Shown piece by piece: positions 57,486 through 64,000 of a DNA stretch of 64,000 nucleotides. The notes below the pieces were generated by a model, which saw only the letters and a list, made by a program, of their open reading frames with translations, did no database searches and was not told the DNA's origin. A program made the translations under genes and the position numbers. Positions within the stretch are counted from its first letter, which is position 1. Each line of letters opens with the position of its first letter. Source of the DNA: Angustibacter luteus (GTDB lineage Bacteria > Actinomycetota > Actinomycetes > Actinomycetales > Angustibacteraceae); the NCBI RefSeq assembly GCF_039541115.1, contig NZ_BAABFP010000005.1, forward strand, positions 620,001 to 684,000. Direction: 5' to 3'.

Positions 57486-58481
57486 CTAGCGACGACCGCG
57501 CACGGCCGCGAGCGAGCGAAGCGCCGTCCGCGCCACCACCACGGGTGCCGGCGCGGCCGCGCCGCGTTCCGGTCGGGCCGACAGCTCGAGCAGCGCGAAG
57601 ACGTCCAGGTCGGCGGCCCGCTGAAGCCAGTCGTCGTCGAGTCCACCGAGGGTGGCGGTGGACACCGTGCCGTCCTCGTAGATCCCGGTGTGCAGAGCGT
57701 CCACCAGGCCGCGTCGGAAGGCCGACCACGAGGCGGCGCCCACCTCGCCGCTACCGGCGCCGTGATCGGCCGCGCGGAGCAGGTTACCGACGTCCTCGGT
57801 CCACTCCCCGCCGTGCGAGAACTCCCAGTCCAGCACGCCGCGCAACCGCCCGGTGTTCGGGTCGACGATGAGGTTCTTGCCGTTGAGGTCGCCGTGCACC
57901 AGCGACGCCGGACGAGGAGGGCCCATCGCCAGTCGCTGTGCGGCGGCAGCGACCGCGGCACGAAGCCCGGGCGTGCTTCGCCGGCCGAGCCCGGCAGCAG
58001 CCAGGCCCGCTTCGAGGTGCTCGTACCAGGCGATGAGATCGGCCTGGGACGGCGGCCACTGACTGGTCCGCAGGTCGGCGTCCGCCCACGGGCCGTGGCC
58101 CTCCGCCCGCACCTCACGCAACCGGGTCACGAGGCGGGCGCACTGGCGGCCGAGGGCGTTGGACGCCGGCAGCGGCAGCCCTCGGTCGAGCAGCTGGTCG
58201 GCGCGTTTGCCCTCGACCTCACGGGTCACGATGTGCGGCGGCAGGCCGCCGACCCCACGGGGCTCGGCCGCGAGGATCTTGGGCAGCGGAACCTGACCGG
58301 ACAGCCGTCGCATCACGGCCAGGTCGAGGACGGCCTGGCTCGGCTTGCGCAGGTACAGGCGGACGAACGCGGGCTCCCGGAACCAGGTGCCCGCGAAGGT
58401 CTCGCCACTGAATCCGCCGGTGGCCACCTGCGGCTCGTGCAGCACCTTGGCGGCGATGGACAGCGGATCGGACTTCGACAC
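57486..58481 (-). CDS. APH/choline-kinase-like phosphotransferase
   Basis: LVHGDLNGKNLIV and VLDWEF motifs; start approximate. Confidence 0.85.
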   Translation of the reverse strand: MSKSDPLSIAAKVLHEPQVATGGFSGETFAGTWFREPAFVRLYLRKPSQAVLDLAVMRRLSGQVPLPKILAAEPRGVGGLPPHIVTREVEGKRADQLLDRGLPLPASNALGRQCARLVTRLREVRAEGHGPWADADLRTSQWPPSQADLIAWYEHLEAGLAAAGLGRRSTPGLRAAVAAAAQRLAMGPPRPASLVHGDLNGKNLIVDPNTGRLRGVLDWEFSHGGEWTEDVGNLLRAADHGAGSGEVGAASWSAFRRGLVDALHTGIYEDGTVSTATLGGLDDDWLQRAADLDVFALLELSARPERGAAAPAPVVVARTALRSLAAVRGRR

Positions 58482-58537
58482 GTGCACATCGCAGCACAGG
58501 CTGCGTCCGTTGTCAGCGGGCGCGCCCAAGTGGTGGG

Positions 58538-60346
58538 CTATTCAGACAGCGTGGCGAGCAGAACGCGCTCGATGTCCGCCGGGCTGGCCGCGATGAAGCT
58601 CTGGCCACCGGTGGCCTTCGCGATGGCGGACAGCGACGCCGCGTCCGCCTGCGCTCCGTACGCCACCGTGAACACCCGCACCGGCTTGTCGGCGTTCTGC
58701 TCCTTCTTGAGCGTCGACACCAGCGCCTTCAGCGAGACGCTGCCCGGGTCGTCGTTCCTGCCGTCGCTCAGCACCACCACGACGTTCTGGTCGGCCCGCC
58801 ACTTGCTGCGGACCTCGCGGACCGCGGCCAGGGTCGTGTCGTAGAGACCGGTGTCACCGCGGGCGGTCAGGTGCGAGATGCCACTGCGCACGGCGTCGCG
58901 GCGGGTCCCCCCGCCGACGGCGTCGCTGGCGGCGCCGAGCGGGACGACGACGCGGTAGTCCTTGCTGCCGCTCAGGTGCCGGGAGAACTCCCAGAGCCCG
59001 ATCGACGAACGGTCCGACGTCGAGACGATCGCCGAGGTCAGCGCCTTCTGCGCGAGCTGGAGGCGGGTCAGGCCCAGCTTGGGCACGGCCTGCTTCATGG
59101 ACCCCGAGACGTCCACGGCCAGCAGCACCGAGCCGGTGCGCTCCAACGCCGACCAGGACTGCAGGGCCTTGGAGATGGACTGCAGGGTGGGCTGGGACAG
59201 CTCCAGGGTCGCCGGCTTGACCTCGTGCGCGGTATCGCCGGCGCCGACCGTCGCCGGCCCGGTCTCGGTGCCGGAGTCGCCGTTCGGGATGCGCCAGCCG
59301 TCCGCCGCGAAGGCCCGGTTGCCGTCCGTGGAGGTCAGGAACTGGCGGAACGACTCAGCAGCCGTCATGGCGCGGGCGCGGTCCAGGGAGGTGCCGTACA
59401 GCGGCAGGTACCCCACCTTGGCCGCCGCACCGCTCACCCCGACGGTGACGGGGGCCAGCTTCTCTCGCGGGCCGCTGGCGTTGAAGGCCCGCACCTCGCG
59501 CTCGGTGGAGGGCGTGATGATCGATGCCTTGAGCGCCTCGTCGGAGCTCAGCTGGGGGTCCGCCAGGGGCTCCAGGGCCTTCGACTCGTCCAGGTCCAGG
59601 TTCGTCAGGGCGTTCTGCACGCGCAGCATGCCGACCCGCAGCTGGTCCGCGTTCGTGCCCGCACCGAGCTTGGCGAACAGGGTCATCAGACCGTCCAGCC
59701 CCGCAGTCGACTTCTGCGGGTCCTGCCAGGCGACCCTTACGCGACCCCACTCCGGGTGACCGAACTTGCCCCAGCCGGCCGGGTCCTGGGCGAGGGCGAC
59801 GAGCTGGTCGAGCTCAGCCTGACGCTTGGGCCAGCCCAACGACTTCGCCATCGGCTCCGGCATCGCCGCGACCACCGGGGAGCTGGCCAGCACGCTGAAC
59901 ACGTCCGGCAGCAGGCGGTCGACCTCGGGGCGGCGGGACAGCACCTTGGCCCAGGTCGCCGACTCGGGCACCCAGACGTCGAAGCCGGGGTCGCGGCGCA
60001 GCGAGGCGGCCGAGACGAGCGCCGCGTTCACCTTCGGCACGTCCATGGCGACGACGTCCACACTCACGCACGCGTCGCCCACCTGGGGCTTGGTCTGCTC
60101 GAACGCACGCGCCTCCTGCTGCACCGCATCCGCCACCGAGGACGAAGCGGCGACGCGCAGCGTCACCGGGCTGCCGGAACAGGACACGGCGCCACGCGCC
60201 TGGTAGCCCCACCACGCCAGGCCCGACGTGCCGACCACGATGATCAACAGGGTCGCCAGGCCGGCCACGGTCCGCGCCTGGTGGCGGGACTTGCGGGCCC
60301 GGTGCCGCGATCGCAGCTGCGCGCGAGTCAGCGTGTCGGTTGTCAT
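58538..60346 (-). CDS. Membrane-anchored solute-binding-domain + VWA domain protein
   Basis: N-terminal TM segment; DVWVPES and LASSPVV SBP-like motifs; MIDAS DVSGSM, TGLYD and LSDG. Confidence 0.85.
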   Translation of the reverse strand: MTTDTLTRAQLRSRHRARKSRHQARTVAGLATLLIIVVGTSGLAWWGYQARGAVSCSGSPVTLRVAASSSVADAVQQEARAFEQTKPQVGDACVSVDVVAMDVPKVNAALVSAASLRRDPGFDVWVPESATWAKVLSRRPEVDRLLPDVFSVLASSPVVAAMPEPMAKSLGWPKRQAELDQLVALAQDPAGWGKFGHPEWGRVRVAWQDPQKSTAGLDGLMTLFAKLGAGTNADQLRVGMLRVQNALTNLDLDESKALEPLADPQLSSDEALKASIITPSTEREVRAFNASGPREKLAPVTVGVSGAAAKVGYLPLYGTSLDRARAMTAAESFRQFLTSTDGNRAFAADGWRIPNGDSGTETGPATVGAGDTAHEVKPATLELSQPTLQSISKALQSWSALERTGSVLLAVDVSGSMKQAVPKLGLTRLQLAQKALTSAIVSTSDRSSIGLWEFSRHLSGSKDYRVVVPLGAASDAVGGGTRRDAVRSGISHLTARGDTGLYDTTLAAVREVRSKWRADQNVVVVLSDGRNDDPGSVSLKALVSTLKKEQNADKPVRVFTVAYGAQADAASLSAIAKATGGQSFIAASPADIERVLLATLSE

Positions 60347-60541
60347 GCGTGGTCCACCCTCGTCACATTCGGTGCATGGAACAGGGCCCGCACACGCGCT
60401 GGCCCCGAAGGATGGTGACACAGAATCACCGTCTTGAGCAGAGGCCGGGTGAAACTTGACAATTCCGTAGGTCAACCGGGTGCGGTCGTGACCCTGTGTA
60501 GCCGAACCGGGACCGCTGCGCCGGGGTGCAGGATGGAGCCC

Positions 60542-61348
60542 ATGACGGAGGAGTCGGTGACCGAGGCGATGCGCCGCGACGCGGACAGCCACGAGTCAGC
60601 CAGCGCGAACCGGTCGTGGTGGGACGCCGAGGCGGCCGACTACTACGCCGAGCACGGGAGCTTCCTCGGCGACGGGCGGTTCGTCTGGGGTCCCGAAGGG
60701 CTCGACGAGGCGGACGCCGGCCTGCTCGGCGACGTGCGCGGACGCCGGGTGCTCGAGGTCGGGGCGGGCGCCGGGCAGTGCTCGCGCTGGCTGGCCGCGC
60801 AGGGCGCGCAGCCCGTTGCCGTTGACCTGTCCATCGGGATGCTGCGTCAAGGGGTGCAGATAGACCCGGGCACCGCGGTGCCGATGATCCAGGCGGACGC
60901 GTGCGCCCTGCCGTTGGCCGACGCCAGCGTGGACGTCGCGTGCTCGGCCTACGGGGCGGTGCCGTTCGTGGCCGACGCGGCGGCGCTCATGCGTGAGGTA
61001 GCCCGGGTCCTCCGTCCCGGCGGCCGCTGGGTCTTCTCCACGACGCACCCGGTGCGCTGGGCACTGCCGGACGACCCGGGTGAGGCCGGGCTCGTCGTCC
61101 GGAACTCGTACTTCGACCGCACCCCGTACGTCGAGGAGGGCGAGGACGGCCGGGCCGTCTACGTGGAGCACCACCGCACGCTCGGCGACCGGGTCCGTGA
61201 CCTCGTGGGCGCGGGCTTCGTCCTGGACGACGTGGTGGAGCCTGAGTGGCCGCAGGGCCACGAGCAGGTCTGGGGCGGCTGGAGCCCCCTCAGGGGCCGC
61301 CTGGTGCCCGGCACAACCATCTTCGTGAGCCACCTGCCGACGCGGTGA
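60542..61348 (+). CDS. Class I SAM-dependent methyltransferase
   Basis: ANRSWWD, VLEVGAGAGQCSRWL and RVLRPGG motifs; start at 60533 or 60542. Confidence 0.9.
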   Translation: MTEESVTEAMRRDADSHESASANRSWWDAEAADYYAEHGSFLGDGRFVWGPEGLDEADAGLLGDVRGRRVLEVGAGAGQCSRWLAAQGAQPVAVDLSIGMLRQGVQIDPGTAVPMIQADACALPLADASVDVACSAYGAVPFVADAAALMREVARVLRPGGRWVFSTTHPVRWALPDDPGEAGLVVRNSYFDRTPYVEEGEDGRAVYVEHHRTLGDRVRDLVGAGFVLDDVVEPEWPQGHEQVWGGWSPLRGRLVPGTTIFVSHLPTR

Positions 61349-61351
61349 ACG

Positions 61352-61390
61352 CCGAAGGGGTGGCCGTCGTGACGACGGCCACCCCTTCGG
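61352..61390. terminator. Bidirectional hairpin between convergent genes
   Basis: CCGAAGGGGTGGCCGTCGT-g-ACGACGGCCACCCCTTCGG. Confidence 0.8.
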
Positions 61391-61408
61391 GTCACTGCTG
61401 GTGGAGCG

Positions 61409-63922
61409 TCAGACCAGCTTCTGCCGGATGGCAGCCGCCGCACCGCCGGCGATGGCGAAGATGGCCAGCGCGCCGAGGCCGCGGCCCCAGTTACGGCTGC
61501 TCTCGCCGTCCGCGCCCGCGATCTCGAGGCTGTACGCCGTCTCGCCGTCCGCGCCCTGCGGTGCGCCGTACGCCATGGACTCCGCCTGGGCGCGCTTGGC
61601 ACCCGCGTCGATCAGCGCGTACTTCTCGCCGAAGGTCTGGGCGGTGTCCTTGCCCTTGACGATGAGCACCTTCGTGCCCTCGGTGGACAGCTGCTCTGCA
61701 CCTTCGGGGATAGCGGTCGAGCCGTCTGCGGCCGTGTCGAGGCCGTCGGCCAGCTGACCCGATCCGGACGCCGCGTCGCCCAGCCCGCTGGACAGCTTGT
61801 TGGCGCCGGCCGAGAGTTGGCCCGCACCGTCACCGAGCTGGCCCGCACCCGAGTTGATCTTGCCGAGACCCGCGTTCAGGTCGTCGGCGCCGTTGGCCAG
61901 CTTCGCGTTGCCGCCCGCGACGACAGCCGCACCGTCAGCGACCTGGCCGGCACCGTCCGCGACGTCACCCGCACCCTCGTAGGCCTGGTTCACCACGTCA
62001 CCGAGCTGGTCGGCAATGGCAGCCACGAGGTCGTTGATGCCCACGCTGACCAAGCCAGCCGCCTGCTTGAGACCGCACGGATTGGCCGGATTGGTTGGGT
62101 TTGTCAGGCTACATGCGGGGTTCGACACCCCAAGCTTGATCAGCGCAAGACCGCCGAGGATGGTCGCCGAGGTCTGGTTAGACAGCTGCCCAATCCCCTG
62201 CTGCACCTGGTCGAGAGTCTCCGCCGCTGCGTTGGTCTGCGCCTGGAGCCCCCCGGGGTCGGTTGGGCTGAGCACACCCTTGGGCAGCCCGAGGCCATAG
62301 ACAATGTTGGCGAGATCCACGCAGGTCGCAGGCACCGGGGGGGAAGGAAGCATGGTCGGCGGCACGACCGGCGGGATGGGAGTGGCAGGATTCTGCGGGC
62401 ATCCGATGGCCTTGTAGACACTGATGCCGTTATCCACCCAGCCAGCAATTGGCCCGCCCGGCGCAGCTGCTCCGGACAGCTTTCCGGAGACGATCTGCAC
62501 GGCATCGGCCGCACCACAGTCATCCGACTTGTCAGCATCGTTGGGGGTCTGGTCGCAGTGGGCAACGCCGGCAGGACTACGGAGTCCGTAGCGCACACCA
62601 TTGATCGCACCGAGCAACGTGGTGTCGGCCTGAACCGGCTGCGGCACGTCTGACGAGTTCCCGATCTTATTCTGCATCGTCGTCAGGGCGCCCTGGAGCC
62701 GCTGGAAGTCTGGGTCGGACTGGATATCCGTGGGCAGCGAGTCGATTCCGTCGACGATCAGGCCGAGCCCGTCCGCGAGATCGCCGGCGCCGGCCGCCAC
62801 CTGGTCACTGCCGTCGGCAAGGCCTGCGGAGCCCTTGGCCAGCAGGTTCGCCCCGACGGCCAGCTTCGCGGAGCCCGCCTTGGCGGTCTTGGTGCCCTTC
62901 ACGAGCACGCCCACGCCGGTGTTGAGCTGACTGGCCCCATCGGCCAGCAGGGCGGCACCAGGTGCGGCGTCGTTGGCCAGGCCGTCGTTGAGCTTGTGCG
63001 CACCCGCCTGGAGCTTGATCAGACCCGCGACGAGGGTGTTGGCCCCGTCACGCAGCTTCAGCAGGTTGGAGTCGATCTGGATCGCGCCGTCGGTGAGCTG
63101 CGCACCCGTCGCGGCGCCGCTCTTGTAGCTCTCGGCGCCACCGGAGAACGAGGGGCTCTCCAGCGGGTTGAGCGGCAGGGCAGAGATCGACGCGGGCGGG
63201 ATGACGCCGTCGCTGATCCGGGCCGTGTAGCCGAACTCGGCGGTCTCGGATCCGATGGGCGGGAACAACGTCATGGTGAAGGACAGCTTGGTGCCGCCGT
63301 TGCCGTCACCGGCGATGTTGGCCTGCTTGGACGCCACCTCGGTGAAGTTCGACGGCAGCTGGGTCGACAGCGAGCCCACCATCGGGATCACGACCTGCTC
63401 GTCTTTGGTGACCTGCTTGCCCGTTCCGTCGTCGAAGGTGACGGAGCCGGACTTGCCCGTGGTGTTGGTGACCTTGTAGTTCACCCCGAGATCGCCGCTC
63501 TTGCCGACGACGTCGCCGGGCTTCACCGGCTTGCCGTCGAGGGTGTAGCTCACCTCAACAGTGAGGGGAATGTCCTTGGTGAAGTTGCTGACGCTGCGGA
63601 GTCGCTTCTCGCCGTTGACGTCGACGTTGGCAATCATGTTGCCGTCCTTGACGTCGAAGCCCTTGAAGCCGTCGAGGTTGCGGAGCCCGTCCGTGGAGAC
63701 GGGGTTGGAGACCTCGACCTTGCCGCTGCCGGTCAGGGCCAGCTGCTCGTAGACCCGCTTGTCCTTGACCTTGCCGGTCGCGTCGAGGTGAGCCTGGATG
63801 GTCTCGGTGTTGGACACCGTGACATCGCTGGCGGCGAGAGCCGGGCCAGCGCCCAGGACGAGGGCTGCCGGCACGGCGGCCCCCATGAGGGCGAGGCGGA
63901 AGGCGGTGCGCTGACGGGTCAC
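61409..63922 (-). CDS. Large secreted/membrane-anchored protein with xxxLxxG heptad repeats (YhgE/Pip-like)
   Basis: Signal peptide ending GPALAA; GAxxLxxG heptads flanking a central domain; C-terminal TM segment plus basic tail. Confidence 0.78.
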   Translation of the reverse strand: MTRQRTAFRLALMGAAVPAALVLGAGPALAASDVTVSNTETIQAHLDATGKVKDKRVYEQLALTGSGKVEVSNPVSTDGLRNLDGFKGFDVKDGNMIANVDVNGEKRLRSVSNFTKDIPLTVEVSYTLDGKPVKPGDVVGKSGDLGVNYKVTNTTGKSGSVTFDDGTGKQVTKDEQVVIPMVGSLSTQLPSNFTEVASKQANIAGDGNGGTKLSFTMTLFPPIGSETAEFGYTARISDGVIPPASISALPLNPLESPSFSGGAESYKSGAATGAQLTDGAIQIDSNLLKLRDGANTLVAGLIKLQAGAHKLNDGLANDAAPGAALLADGASQLNTGVGVLVKGTKTAKAGSAKLAVGANLLAKGSAGLADGSDQVAAGAGDLADGLGLIVDGIDSLPTDIQSDPDFQRLQGALTTMQNKIGNSSDVPQPVQADTTLLGAINGVRYGLRSPAGVAHCDQTPNDADKSDDCGAADAVQIVSGKLSGAAAPGGPIAGWVDNGISVYKAIGCPQNPATPIPPVVPPTMLPSPPVPATCVDLANIVYGLGLPKGVLSPTDPGGLQAQTNAAAETLDQVQQGIGQLSNQTSATILGGLALIKLGVSNPACSLTNPTNPANPCGLKQAAGLVSVGINDLVAAIADQLGDVVNQAYEGAGDVADGAGQVADGAAVVAGGNAKLANGADDLNAGLGKINSGAGQLGDGAGQLSAGANKLSSGLGDAASGSGQLADGLDTAADGSTAIPEGAEQLSTEGTKVLIVKGKDTAQTFGEKYALIDAGAKRAQAESMAYGAPQGADGETAYSLEIAGADGESSRNWGRGLGALAIFAIAGGAAAAIRQKLV

Positions 63923-64000
63923 AGGCTCTTCTCCGAAACGAGGTCGTCGTTGGTCGTGGTCGTGCTGGGGGTGTCACGGTGCGAGGCCGACTCGTGCTCG
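63919..64000 (-). CDS. C-terminus of an upstream gene (partial, product unknown)
   Basis: Open frame ...EHESASHRDTPSTTTTNDDLVSEKSL* whose TGA overlaps the next GTG (GTGA). Confidence 0.5.
   Translation of the reverse strand, partial: EHESASHRDTPSTTTTNDDLVSEKSL

Overview
High-GC actinobacterial chromosome segment (my estimate from protein style and gene order: Micrococcales-like, possibly Intrasporangiaceae). Most of it is conserved housekeeping backbone: sufR-sufBD-Rieske-sufCSUT, ABC transporter-ctaA and ctaB, tkt-tal-pgi-zwf-opcA-pgl, an RbpA-family gene, secG-tpiA-pgk-gap, whiA-yvcK-rapZ-uvrC, uvrA, a yybP-ykoY riboswitch with terC, uvrB, coaE and rpsA. The most interesting part is a compact module at about 1395-7015 made of two convergent units. 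One unit is ECF sigma factor > 149-aa putative anti-sigma > TPR-CHAT caspase-like protease. The other is an unannotated 58-aa small ORF > strong hairpin > cytoplasmic S8 subtilase. Both units are preceded by the same motif, GTATCA-N15-GCTCTGTCTGG. I infer a CRISPR-independent, protease-gated, autoregulated sigma switch; this function is untested. Other points: a bioY-acyl-CoA ligase-atypical thiolase-bioMN operon, RecA-NDp-type promoters in front of uvrA, uvrB and uvrC, Lys-rich repeat tails on UvrA and OpcA, an acVLRF1 gene with a probable CTG start at the end of the suf operon, and a heptad-repeat surface protein with a lower-GC Cys-paired central domain. I found no tRNA, rRNA, CRISPR array or transposase. 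All calls come from motif recognition; no database search was run.
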